This document shows, one piece after another, positions 8,601-16,742 of a stretch of DNA of 64,000 bases. Below the pieces are notes generated by a model. That model worked only from the letters and a program-made list of their open reading frames with translations. It was not told the origin of the DNA and ran no database searches. The translations under genes and the position numbers were made by a program. Every line of letters begins with the position of its first letter. Positions within the stretch are counted from its first letter, which is position 1. Origin of the DNA: an uncultured Bacteroidales bacterium (GTDB lineage: Bacteria > Bacteroidota > Bacteroidia > Bacteroidales > Paludibacteraceae); the NCBI GenBank assembly GCA_946186915.1, contig CAMHOY010000014.1, forward strand, positions 1,243 through 65,242, read 5' to 3'.

Positions 8601-11519
8601 GAGCACCGCTGTCTGCGCTTTATTAAGAAGCGAGATAGCACGCAGAGGAGCGTTAGTGTTCGCCGCAAAAGCCAGCACGGCATTCGCTACCGACTGCGCG
8701 AGGTTGGTGATCAGCGCTTCGCTATACCATCCGTTGTCGTACTCGACCGCAATACTCGGCACGCCGTCCATCGGCATGATATAGAACGCGATCTTGAATT
8801 TCGGCACGTTCTGCTCCATGGTCTCGTCGGCGAAAACGGGTTTGCCAAAGACGCTATAGTTGCTCAGCACGCCCATCTGGTAAGCGAACATGATCTCCGC
8901 CTTCAAGTCATAATCCGCTGCTACGCGTGCAAACGGATAATCCTCGTGCGCGAGCGTTTGCTCGAAGGACTGCGCGTTCTCTTTAACAAACTCCTCTACC
9001 GTCTGGTTCGCTATCTTCGTAGTCAGCGCAAGGGTGTTGACGAACATTCCCATGGTGTTGTTCACCCGCAGGTTGCTTCGTCCGTTGGAGATGGTGGTGA
9101 TGCAGACATCATCTGTTCCTGCAAAACGTGCCAAGGAATAATAGACGGCGCTAAGGAGCACAGCTGCCGGCGTCACGCCTAATTGCGCTGCATATTTCTC
9201 CGCCGTAGGCATGTCGAAAGGTACGCAGACGCGTCCGTTCTCACCTTGCGGCAGGGCGTTGGTGAGGTCGGGTTGGATCTCGGTGACACTCTCTATTCCG
9301 GTGAGGCGCTCGGCGAAGAAGGCTTGCGCAGCCTTGAAGGACTCGCCTTCCTGCGCAGCTTTCTGCTCCGCCACGAACTGCGGATAGGAGCACATCTCGG
9401 GTTCGATCTCCTTGCCTTCCAGCAGGTCACAAATCTCATGGATGAAGAGGTCGTACGACGCGCCGTCGCACACGAGATGGTGGATGTCGCTCAACAGATA
9501 CAGATTCTTCTCCGTGCGCACGATGACGAAACGGAAAAGCAGGTCTTTCTGCAGGTTGAACGGATGTACGAACTCATGTTTGAAGGCATCCATCTGCGCC
9601 TCTTCGAGCGCTTTCTCGGGTACGTCGACAGCTGCTTCGTTCATCATCTGCTCGTCGATGGTCTGGATGACATCGGCTTCCTGAGTCGCAAAATGCACGA
9701 AGAGTTCGGAGTGGTTGAGCACCGCCTTGCGCACCGCTTGCCGTAATGCGTCGGCCTCTACGTCCAACGGCATCTGAATACAGATCGGCACGTTATAGAG
9801 CGTGGAGGTGGGGTTCTTCATGCATTCGAAATAGACGCCCATTTGAGCGAAGGAGAGAGGAGCTTCGCTCATTTGAGATTGGACATTTGAAATTTGAGAT
9901 TTTTCATTTTCGGTATCACGATGACCGCCTAACATCGCAGCGAGTATCTCATTCTCAATCGCTTGCAATGTGATGCCTTTGGTCATTTGTTTGGCATCGA
10001 GTTGGATGCCGAAACGCTTGAAGATCTGGGTTGCTAACTTGATGGCAGCGATAGAGGAGAGACCCATATAACGCAGGTCGGTCGTGATGCCGAACTCCTC
10101 CATATTGACAATCTTCGCGATGATGTCGTGTAGCTCCTGCTCGAGGACATTGAGGGGAGCCGCAGCCACAGCCTCCTCTACTTCGGGCTTGGGTGCTTCG
10201 GGCTTCGGCAGGGCACGTTTATCGACTTTCTGGTTCGGGTTGAGCGGTATAGCGTCAATCTGCATTGTTACCGCAGGCACCATGTAGGGCGGTTTGCTGT
10301 CACCAATAAAAGCATTGAGATCGTCGATATTGATCTTCTCGTCGCTTACTACGTACGCGGCGATGAACTTACCGCCATCCGGGTAGTCGAAGGCTTGCAC
10401 GGTAGCATCCTTGATACCGGGGAACTCACGAATGATGGCTTCTACCTCTTTGAGCTCGATACGGAAACCGCGGATCTTCACTTGTCCGTCCCGTCTGCCG
10501 ACAAACTCGATATTTCCGTCCTCGCGGTAGTGAACGATGTCGCCGGTTTTGTAGCAACGCAAGCCGTTCCAATCGACGAAGACTTCTGCGGTCTTCTCGG
10601 GTTGGTTGAGGTATCCGAGCGACACCTGCGGTCCGGCTACATAGAGTTCGCCGTCCGTGCCGGTCGGTACTTCTTGACCGTCCTGACCGACCACGATGAG
10701 TCGCGTACCGTTCGTATTGGCTTTGCCGATAGGTATATTGGGTTCGTTCTGCGTCACAAAGAAACTGCTGACATAGACGGTACACTCCGTCGGACCATAG
10801 CAGTTCATCAACTTATACGAAGGCGGATCGAGACTGATAAGTTTCTCGCCGCCCGTACCGAGCCACTGGAGGCCCGATATGTCGGGATAATTGAGCACGA
10901 GCTGCGTCGCCATCTGCGTCGTCATGAAGCAGTGGGTAATGTGCTCGTCCTGAATATATTGGTTGAGGCCCTCCAGGTCAAAACGGATCTCGTCGCCCAC
11001 GATGCAGATAGTAGCACCTGCCATGACGCAGCACCAGAGGTCCATCTGGAAGGCATCAAAACCGTAACCGGCATAAGTAGCGTACTTGCTTTGCGGAGTC
11101 AAGCCTATTGCCTGGACATGGAAATCAAGGAAGGCTAAGATATTCGCCTCGCTCAGCATAACACCTTTGGGAACACCGGTTGTACCGGAGGTATAGAGCA
11201 GCACGAATGCTTCATCACCATCGTACTTGGAGGCATCCTCCCGCATGAATTTCAGTCGTTCCTCGGGATAAGAGCCGTCGAGCGGCATAGCGGTCAAGCC
11301 TGCTTTCGCGATGGCGATAGGTGTCAGCACCATGAGTTCGTTACGGGGCACGATAAACGATGCCACTTTGTCACCGCAACGGGTGACGTACTGCGGATCG
11401 AGAGTGTCCGTCAAACGGTCTGCCTCTGCGAAGGTGATGCGTTTGTCCCCTGCGATGCAGAAGATATCATTCGGACGCTCGGCAACGTGTTTTTTGAAGT
11501 ATTCGATTAAGTGTTTCAT
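5604..11519 (-). CDS. bimodular non-ribosomal peptide synthetase, A-T-C-A-T-R (terminal thioester reductase)
   Basis: A1 core LLYTSGTTGVPKG lies at ~11165-11205 and the T1 motif MGLSSI at 10053-10058. The C-domain HHLVCDG is at 9462-9482. A2 core LLYTSGSTGVPKG is at 8038-8082 and the T2 motif FELGGTS at ~6937-6960. The R domain has LLTGATGYLG at ~6665-6705 and YMRSK. Confidence 0.95.
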   Translation of the reverse strand: MKHLIEYFKKHVAERPNDIFCIAGDKRITFAEADRLTDTLDPQYVTRCGDKVASFIVPRNELMVLTPIAIAKAGLTAMPLDGSYPEERLKFMREDASKYDGDEAFVLLYTSGTTGVPKGVMLSEANILAFLDFHVQAIGLTPQSKYATYAGYGFDAFQMDLWCCVMAGATICIVGDEIRFDLEGLNQYIQDEHITHCFMTTQMATQLVLNYPDISGLQWLGTGGEKLISLDPPSYKLMNCYGPTECTVYVSSFFVTQNEPNIPIGKANTNGTRLIVVGQDGQEVPTGTDGELYVAGPQVSLGYLNQPEKTAEVFVDWNGLRCYKTGDIVHYREDGNIEFVGRRDGQVKIRGFRIELKEVEAIIREFPGIKDATVQAFDYPDGGKFIAAYVVSDEKINIDDLNAFIGDSKPPYMVPAVTMQIDAIPLNPNQKVDKRALPKPEAPKPEVEEAVAAAPLNVLEQELHDIIAKIVNMEEFGITTDLRYMGLSSIAAIKLATQIFKRFGIQLDAKQMTKGITLQAIENEILAAMLGGHRDTENEKSQISNVQSQMSEAPLSFAQMGVYFECMKNPTSTLYNVPICIQMPLDVEADALRQAVRKAVLNHSELFVHFATQEADVIQTIDEQMMNEAAVDVPEKALEEAQMDAFKHEFVHPFNLQKDLLFRFVIVRTEKNLYLLSDIHHLVCDGASYDLFIHEICDLLEGKEIEPEMCSYPQFVAEQKAAQEGESFKAAQAFFAERLTGIESVTEIQPDLTNALPQGENGRVCVPFDMPTAEKYAAQLGVTPAAVLLSAVYYSLARFAGTDDVCITTISNGRSNLRVNNTMGMFVNTLALTTKIANQTVEEFVKENAQSFEQTLAHEDYPFARVAADYDLKAEIMFAYQMGVLSNYSVFGKPVFADETMEQNVPKFKIAFYIMPMDGVPSIAVEYDNGWYSEALITNLAQSVANAVLAFAANTNAPLRAISLLNKAQTAVLDSFNQTEVPYDDTQTIVSLFRKQAAETPDNLAVVYHDVRLTYKEVDERTDTIAAKIYEVLNHQSPITNIQCSDIKSERVVSILINRSEWMVVASLAALKAGCAYQPLDPSYPAERLNFMMKDANASLLIADTDLRPIVNEYSGPVLLTKDLSTLSDSGLSTLSDSGLINPQDLFILLYTSGSTGVPKGCQLEHRNLVAFCHWYHRYYDLHAGDKVAAYASYGFDANMMDMYPALTCGAAVYIIGEDIRLNLPDLNHYFEAEGITHSFMTTQVGYQFAQNCDNHSLKHLSVGGEKLATIAPPANYLLHNAYGPTECTIFTTTYPIHEQEKNIPIGKPLDNFRLFIVDKDLHRVPVGATGELLVSGPQVSRGYLNRPDKTAETYIDWNGLRCYRTGDVVRYLADSNIQFVGRQDGQVKIRGFRIELKEVEAVIREFPGINDATVQAFDYPNGGKFIAAYIVSDSKIDIQALNAFIRDRKPPYMVPASTMQIDVIPLNQNQKVNKRALPAPQLTDTDRDYVAPANDNEKLFCDIFASILNQDKIGATDNFFELGGTSLMVTRVIIEADKAGKHVAYGDIFTHPTPRLLAQFLSGDTDEQTANDQEAAAFDYTGIDAILQRNNLNTFLRGERQELGNVLLTGATGYLGIHVLRELIDSDAKTITCLVRGKDQHDAQRRLRNLLFYYFDRRFDELFGSRLFVVNGDVTNDFSNQLSDISIQTVFNCAANVKHFSKTDDIEQVNIGGAERCVEFCLKTGTRLVHISTTSVGEIWVDRGDGKAVPELSERLLYFGQFLDNRYMRSKFLAERVILEAVARHGLNAKIMRVGNLAARSYDGEFQANFQTNSYMGRLKVFSTLGCCPIDEYDSPAEFSPVNETAKAVVLLASTPKECNVFQPFNNHTDLLGDILAGFEKIGKSIRYVEEDEFQQAILEASKDPKKASLMSALLAYQDMTHGQKAVTIERDNRYTSAVLLRLGFHWSAPDSAYVNRMLIAISQLGFFDE
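8101..8148. repeat. perfect 24-bp tandem duplication inside the NRPS A2 domain
   Basis: AGACCGCTATCGCTCAAAGTAGAA occurs twice in tandem. It is in frame and encodes LSTLSDSG-LSTLSDSG just upstream of the A3 core. Confidence 0.95.
8397..8421. repeat. 7-bp x3 tandem repeat (GTGATTG) inside the NRPS
   Basis: ATTGGTGATTGGTGATTGGTGATTG spans 21 bp, is in frame, and encodes HQSPITN. Confidence 0.85.
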
Positions 11520-11520
11520 A

Positions 11521-11823
11521 TTATTCTATTGTAAAAAGGTTCTGGAAACCGCTCATGCGGAAGATGTCGCTCACGTCCTCATTGAGGTGGGTGATGCGAA
11601 TGGAGCCGCCTTTCGCCTCGGATTCTCGTTTGAGTTGCATGAAGAACCGCAAGCCGGCTGAAGAGATGTACTCGAGTTGCTCACAATCAATCTCCAGCGC
11701 TTTGTCGGCAAGTGCCAACACCTGATTCAGATCCTCTACTTGGGTTGTAGTAACTGTCGTGTCAAGTTCGCCGATAAAGCAAACACGCGTCTCTTGGTCA
11801 TTCGGAATAATGCTGATTTTCAT
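11521..11823 (-). CDS. STAS-domain anti-sigma-factor antagonist (SpoIIAA/RsbV-like)
   Basis: 100 aa with CEQLEYISSAGLRFF, the phosphorylatable-Ser context. Its stop lies 1 nt from the NRPS start codon. Confidence 0.85.
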   Translation of the reverse strand: MKISIIPNDQETRVCFIGELDTTVTTTQVEDLNQVLALADKALEIDCEQLEYISSAGLRFFMQLKRESEAKGGSIRITHLNEDVSDIFRMSGFQNLFTIE

Positions 11824-11856
11824 ATTGTATAAAAGTTTAATGTCGCTGCGCGACGT

Positions 11857-13872
11857 TTAAGAGTTTAAAAGTTTAATGAGCGTGAGGACGTTTTTATTCT
11901 CCTTCCGCTCGTAGTGCAGTTCATCAACGATTTGTCGGATGAGATGGATTCCCATTCCTCCCACCTGGCGTTCACCGGTTGCTTTCTCATTGGGCACATG
12001 CCCCGTGGGGTCAAAAGCGATGCCGTCGTCCTCCAACTGAATACTGACCGCTGATAACTGACAGCTAAGCTCTATTCTTATCTCCGTCGCTTGCGAATAA
12101 TGAAGAATATTCACGACAGCTTCTTCGGCCGCCACTTCGAGTTTTTTGAGTCCTTTCTTGTCCATGCCGTTGCATAATCCAAAGGTATGGATTGCCTTTC
12201 GCAGGACAGGCCACTGGTCTTTGTGGCAAGGCACGCGCAGCGTCACAGGCTGGACGGGGCTTGTCTTTCGAATCGTCATGAGGGTGATATCATCCGTTGG
12301 TTCGGCTTTTCCCATAAAAGCTTTAATAGCGCCGTACATATCCTCCTTGTTCGCTACGATCTCCGACCATCGCTTCATTCCTAACATCTCACGGGCGCTG
12401 TTCCGCGCTTCGGTCACGCCATCGGTGTAAAGAACGATTTTCTCTCCTTCGCCAATCATGCAGCCTTGCTCCACAAACGAATACCGGCCGTCATATCCCA
12501 ACGGGATATTCGGTTCAACGGTGAGGGGTGAGGGGTTACCGGTTACGGGTGAGGAGATGATCGGCGCACAGTGTCCGGCATTGCAGAAGAGCAGTTCGCC
12601 TGTAGGGATACACAGACTTCCCACAAAAGCCGTCACGAAAGTAAGGGAGGGGTTGTTCTCGCTAAGGACGGTATTGATTTCTTCCATGATCTGTTTGGGT
12701 GAGGTTGCTCTCACACCAGCTGCGCGGAAGAGGTTCACTGCAGCACTCATGAACATAGCGGCCGGAACGCCCTTGCCGCTCACATCTCCGATGATGAACC
12801 AGAGGACGTCTCCTTCGCGATGGAAGTCAAAGAAGTCGCCTCCTACTTCGCGCATCGGGACAAGGAAGGTATGGAGTTCAATATCTCCGTTCGCTTGGGC
12901 TTTGATCCGTTCCTTGTCGTCTTTCAGGATTCCCATTTGGATATCATGGGCGATTTGCAGTTCGTGCGACACCACCTCCCGTTCCGTCTCCAGACGGGCG
13001 TTCTCTTGTTCATCCCGTGTCATACGACGGATCAACAGGCCCACCACGAGGATACCTAACACGAACACGCCCAAAGGCAACAAGGTGCCCAAACGAAGAC
13101 TATCGATAACATGGCTGCGCGGAACGGCAGTGACCATTCGGATATTTATCGGCTGAAGAGTCTTGCGGGAAACGATCCATGAGCCATCGTCCAACTCTCC
13201 ATCTTTCGGCGCTCCGTCACTGGCGGCAAGGAGGGTCCCGTTGGAACTATAGAGCATACACTCTGCCTCCTCGAATGGCCGGAAATGGTCCAGCATATTG
13301 TGTATCCATTTCAAACTGAAATCAATACCTATGACGCAAATCAGATCGCCCTTCTCGTCCAGCACGTCATTCGAATAGGTATAGATCGGTTCGTCAAAAT
13401 CTTCATCTATATACGGGGTGCTCCAATAGCCTGCGTTGTTTTGCACGGCTCCTTTATACCACTCGCGTTCAAAATAATCATGCTCGGCATCCCCAAAAGG
13501 GCAGGAGACTATCGAATCCTTCGTACGATAGGAAGTCAAGCAGAACCACTTCCCTTTTTCCGGATAATAATACGGCGGGAAAGCTACATAGCAGGAATAA
13601 AAATTCGGATACCGTTTGATGAGTTCGTTGGTCTTGCTGTACAAATTCTCCGGGTGCGTCAGGTTCCTCTTCACCTCTTCTATCAGCTGAGCGTTGGCAT
13701 CCAGCGCGTCGTACAGTTCAAAACGCAGTTTCTCTTGGGCGATCTGCATCTCGAGTTCCATCTTCTCCTGAAAACGGAACCGCGACCTGCTATAGGACAC
13801 GTACGACTGTACTCCCATTCCGAGAAGAAGGAAAAGGGCCGCTAAAATATGTATGTACTTAAATCGTTTCAT
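11857..13872 (-). CDS. membrane sensor fusion: Cache-like periplasmic domain, TM, PP2C/SpoIIE phosphatase and RsbW-like HATPase kinase
   Basis: There is an N-terminal TM, a ~230-aa extracytoplasmic region and a second TM. The PP2C motifs are GGDFFDF...IIGDVSGKGVPAAMFMS...TDGVTEA...DDITL. The C-terminal kinase motifs are EEAVVNILHYS...EDDGIAFDP...GGMGIHLIR. Confidence 0.85.
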   Translation of the reverse strand: MKRFKYIHILAALFLLLGMGVQSYVSYSRSRFRFQEKMELEMQIAQEKLRFELYDALDANAQLIEEVKRNLTHPENLYSKTNELIKRYPNFYSCYVAFPPYYYPEKGKWFCLTSYRTKDSIVSCPFGDAEHDYFEREWYKGAVQNNAGYWSTPYIDEDFDEPIYTYSNDVLDEKGDLICVIGIDFSLKWIHNMLDHFRPFEEAECMLYSSNGTLLAASDGAPKDGELDDGSWIVSRKTLQPINIRMVTAVPRSHVIDSLRLGTLLPLGVFVLGILVVGLLIRRMTRDEQENARLETEREVVSHELQIAHDIQMGILKDDKERIKAQANGDIELHTFLVPMREVGGDFFDFHREGDVLWFIIGDVSGKGVPAAMFMSAAVNLFRAAGVRATSPKQIMEEINTVLSENNPSLTFVTAFVGSLCIPTGELLFCNAGHCAPIISSPVTGNPSPLTVEPNIPLGYDGRYSFVEQGCMIGEGEKIVLYTDGVTEARNSAREMLGMKRWSEIVANKEDMYGAIKAFMGKAEPTDDITLMTIRKTSPVQPVTLRVPCHKDQWPVLRKAIHTFGLCNGMDKKGLKKLEVAAEEAVVNILHYSQATEIRIELSCQLSAVSIQLEDDGIAFDPTGHVPNEKATGERQVGGMGIHLIRQIVDELHYERKENKNVLTLIKLLNS

Positions 13873-15233
13873 AAGTTAAAGATACCCAGCCCATTCAGGA
13901 AGATGAGCACGATAGCTATCGGTACGATCCAGCGGAGCGTGAAGATGAATAACGGGCGGAGCCATTGTTTGTACCGTTTCTGGCTGTACGGCACGAGGTC
14001 CTTGTCTTGTAACGGCATGAACCATCCTATGAACAGCGACATGGATAAGGCGCTAAGCGGCATCATGAATGTCGTGACGAGGGTGTCGCTCAAATCGAAA
14101 AGGCTGTGTCCGAAAAGTTTCAAACCGCTCCATACACCGGTCATGGAGAGTACATAGACTGCAACCGTTGCACAAATGACCGCGGTAGCAATCAACACGC
14201 TCTGATGGCGGTTCAGTTTACCATGGCTCAACTCCATGATGCTGACAACAATCACCTCCATCAACGAGATGGTTGAGGTGAGCGCAGCAATGAAGAGCAG
14301 GAGGAAGAAGAACACGCCGCTGATCCAGGCAAACGTCATGTGTTGCAAGACTGCCGGCAGCACGACGAAGACTAATTGCGGACCTTCAGCCGGGTTGAAA
14401 CCGAACGCGAACACCGCCGGAAAGATGATGATTCCCGCCAAGACAGCTACCAATGTGTCGAGGAGAATGACGATGAAGGACGTCTTGGTGGCGTCCTGGT
14501 CCTTCGGCATATAAGCGCCGTAAGTGATCATCAGACCAAGACCGACAGAGAGGCTGAAGAAACACTGACCTGCGGCAGTCATCACCACCGCGGGAGTGAT
14601 TTGTGAGAAATCAGGAGCAAGGAAGAAGCGCAGTCCCGTTCCGCTGCCCTCCAACAGCAGGACGCGGATCACCATCAAGGTCATCATGATGAACAAAAGA
14701 GGCATAAGGATCTTACTCAGCCGCTCGATACCGCTGCTCACTCCGAACCAAAGGATGGCGGCGGTGATAAGAACAGGGATGATGCCGCAAATGAGCATCT
14801 TGAGGGTATTGGAGGTATTGGCCGTAAAATGCGCGAGCAGTTCGTTCGTGCCCATGCCCGCGTACGAGTTGACCGTCGCTTCATACAAATAATCGACACA
14901 CCAGCCTGTCACCACGAAATAAAAGCCGGTGATGACAAACACCGTCAACGCGGACCACCACCCTAACCATTGCCAGTGGTTGTTGCCGCTGATAGCGCGG
15001 AATGCCGAGAAGGTTGATTTGCCCGCTTTTCTGCCTATCAGTATCTCCGTCATCAATAACGGCATACCGAACACGATCACACAAATAAGGTAAACAAGCA
15101 AAAAAGCACCACCGCCATTTTGACCTGCCTCATAAGGGAATTTCCATATATTGCCTAAACCGATAGCACTGCCCGCTGCGGCTAATATGACACCCAATTT
15201 GGAATTAAAACCCGATTTATTTGATTGTTCCAT
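13869..15233 (-). CDS. neurotransmitter:sodium symporter (NSS/SNF) family transporter
   Basis: GLGNIWKFPYEAGQNGGGAFL signature and 11-12 TMs. I moved the start to the ATG at 15233 because the tracked TTG at 15260 lies inside the -7 box. An ATGA overlap links it to the next gene. Confidence 0.9.
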   Translation of the reverse strand: MEQSNKSGFNSKLGVILAAAGSAIGLGNIWKFPYEAGQNGGGAFLLVYLICVIVFGMPLLMTEILIGRKAGKSTFSAFRAISGNNHWQWLGWWSALTVFVITGFYFVVTGWCVDYLYEATVNSYAGMGTNELLAHFTANTSNTLKMLICGIIPVLITAAILWFGVSSGIERLSKILMPLLFIMMTLMVIRVLLLEGSGTGLRFFLAPDFSQITPAVVMTAAGQCFFSLSVGLGLMITYGAYMPKDQDATKTSFIVILLDTLVAVLAGIIIFPAVFAFGFNPAEGPQLVFVVLPAVLQHMTFAWISGVFFFLLLFIAALTSTISLMEVIVVSIMELSHGKLNRHQSVLIATAVICATVAVYVLSMTGVWSGLKLFGHSLFDLSDTLVTTFMMPLSALSMSLFIGWFMPLQDKDLVPYSQKRYKQWLRPLFIFTLRWIVPIAIVLIFLNGLGIFNL

Positions 15234-15257
15234 AAGCTCGTCTCGTGAATTTGCGCG

Positions 15258-15289
15258 CAAAATTACTATTTTTTTTTCATATATGCAAG
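15258..15289 (-). promoter_or_regulatory. promoter of the NSS-PP2C-STAS-NRPS operon
   Basis: On the reverse strand: cTTG, 20 bp, then TAATTTTG. It overlaps the 12-bp palindrome TTTGCGCGCAAA at 15250-15261. Confidence 0.6.
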
Positions 15290-15337
15290 AGTAAATGGCA
15301 GAAATCGTTCAGAATCATCCGGTAGCGTTGCATTGGA

Positions 15338-15409
15338 TTAGTTTGTTACTTTCTTTACCAGCGTGAGGATGTTCTTGCCCTCCACGCGTTCGTAGCGGAT
15401 GATTCCGCT
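15338..15409 (-). pseudogene. C-terminal remnant of another PP2C/RsbW-type gene
   Basis: The reverse frame reads GIIRYERVEGKNILTLVKKVTN*, which aligns with the C-terminus DELHYERKENKNVLTLIKLLNS* of the 671-aa fusion protein. A stop lies upstream. Confidence 0.4.
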
Positions 15410-15661
15410 ATTTTACTCAAATTCTCCGTGCATTTCTGCCACGGGTACATATAACTTAACTTTTGTCAGAAGGTGGCACAGTTTTTGTGGTATATTTTAT
15501 AGTGTCAATCCGCCAAACTTGGCGGATACTTTCAGGCCCTCTTCCTCTCGTTTATGTTATACGAACGACGTGCTAATGACGCGGTAACCACCCGGTTATC
15601 ACGCGCTAATCACGCCCTTTTGGATGCTATTAACCCTTATAAAACCTCGATTTTAGGTCGA

Positions 15662-16049
15662 GGCGGTTGTGGCTTGCGGCATATTGCTGGAGAGCATCAG
15701 CGACGCGCAGAAGAGTGCCGCCAAGAAAAAGAACCCGAAGCGGTTTGTGGATACCGGTCTGTACCGTGTCGTCCGCTGCCCGAACTACCTGGGCGAAGTG
15801 ACCATCTGGACGGGCGCGTTGCTCAGCGCGATAGGTGCAGGGCTGACCTGGTGGCAGTGGCTGATAGTGGGAATAGGGTACGCAGGCATTGTGTTTGTGA
15901 TGTTCAGCGGCGCCCGCCGACTGGAGTTGCGTCAGAACGCCGCCTATGGCAATGACCCCGAATATCAGGCATACGTGAAGAAGACTCCGATTCTGATTCC
16001 GTTGCTACCTATTTATTCCGTAGCAAAATATGAATGGCTCAAGGCATGA
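15662..16049 (+). pseudogene. 3' fragment (126 codons) of a second DUF1295 gene; direct-repeat copy 2
   Basis: About 94% nt identity to 3207-3595, with only 3 aa differences. There is no 5' half. The hairpin CCTCGA-ttttag-GTCGAGG sits at the junction (15639-15659). Confidence 0.85.
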
Positions 16050-16067
16050 GTGTTATTTTATCATATA

Positions 16068-16742
16068 CTATATTTCGCTGGTGACAGGATTGTTTTTCAG
16101 TTTTGAAAGGCACCATGCGAATCCGCGGGCAAGGCGGAGATGGGGAGTGACGAAATGCCCGCCCTGCTCCATGACAAGCGTGCAGTGGTCGGCACCCAAC
16201 TGTTGCCGGAGCAAGTCATACTCCGTCCGGACGCAGTCTCCTACTACAGCAAAACGCCGGTTACGGGTTTTCTCTTCTTTGTCGCCCAGGCTGAGATAGA
16301 CCTTCCCGGTACGCACAGGATGAAGAGCGGCATACTCGTTCCAGCTATTCACCCAAAGGGACGGAGAGCAGGCGGCAACTGCGGCAAAAAGGTCTGATTG
16401 CGTGGCTGCCCATAACGCGAACAAACCGGCTAATGAGTACCCGCCGAGAATAATAGGCAGGCTGCCGTATTCATTCCGCAAATAAGGGATGAGGGACTCC
16501 GTTAAATAATTCAATGTTTCTCCGGCATGCAGACCAACCTCGGCATCTTTGGATACAAATGGATCCGCCCACGGCATCAGTTCTTTTTCCCAGTCGCGGA
16601 CAGGAACGCCGACAAAGACAAAAGGCGCGCATACGGCTTTGCGAATAGCACTTGTCTCATCATTGAGAGTCTCGTTCTCATGCTCGCCAGTCAACTGAAT
16701 AAGCAGTACTTGCGGTTGGGCGTCTGCGTACAGGATGCTCAT
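16068..16742 (-). CDS. alpha/beta-hydrolase, putative esterase family
   Basis: 224 aa with the nucleophile elbow GGYSLAGL and a distal His (GGHF). Confidence 0.7.
   Translation of the reverse strand: MSILYADAQPQVLLIQLTGEHENETLNDETSAIRKAVCAPFVFVGVPVRDWEKELMPWADPFVSKDAEVGLHAGETLNYLTESLIPYLRNEYGSLPIILGGYSLAGLFALWAATQSDLFAAVAACSPSLWVNSWNEYAALHPVRTGKVYLSLGDKEEKTRNRRFAVVGDCVRTEYDLLRQQLGADHCTLVMEQGGHFVTPHLRLARGFAWCLSKLKNNPVTSEI

Noticed and set aside
15234-15260. N-terminal extensions from non-ATG starts in the ORF track. Affected genes are NSS (15260), the hydrolase (23057), GH97 (31398), DUF177 (33451), L32 (34117), the porin (26008), the epimerase (48274) and the SDR reductase (48879).
   Set aside because: The extensions run through predicted -7 boxes or upstream genes. 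Conserved N-termini or signal peptides begin at the internal ATG codons I used instead.
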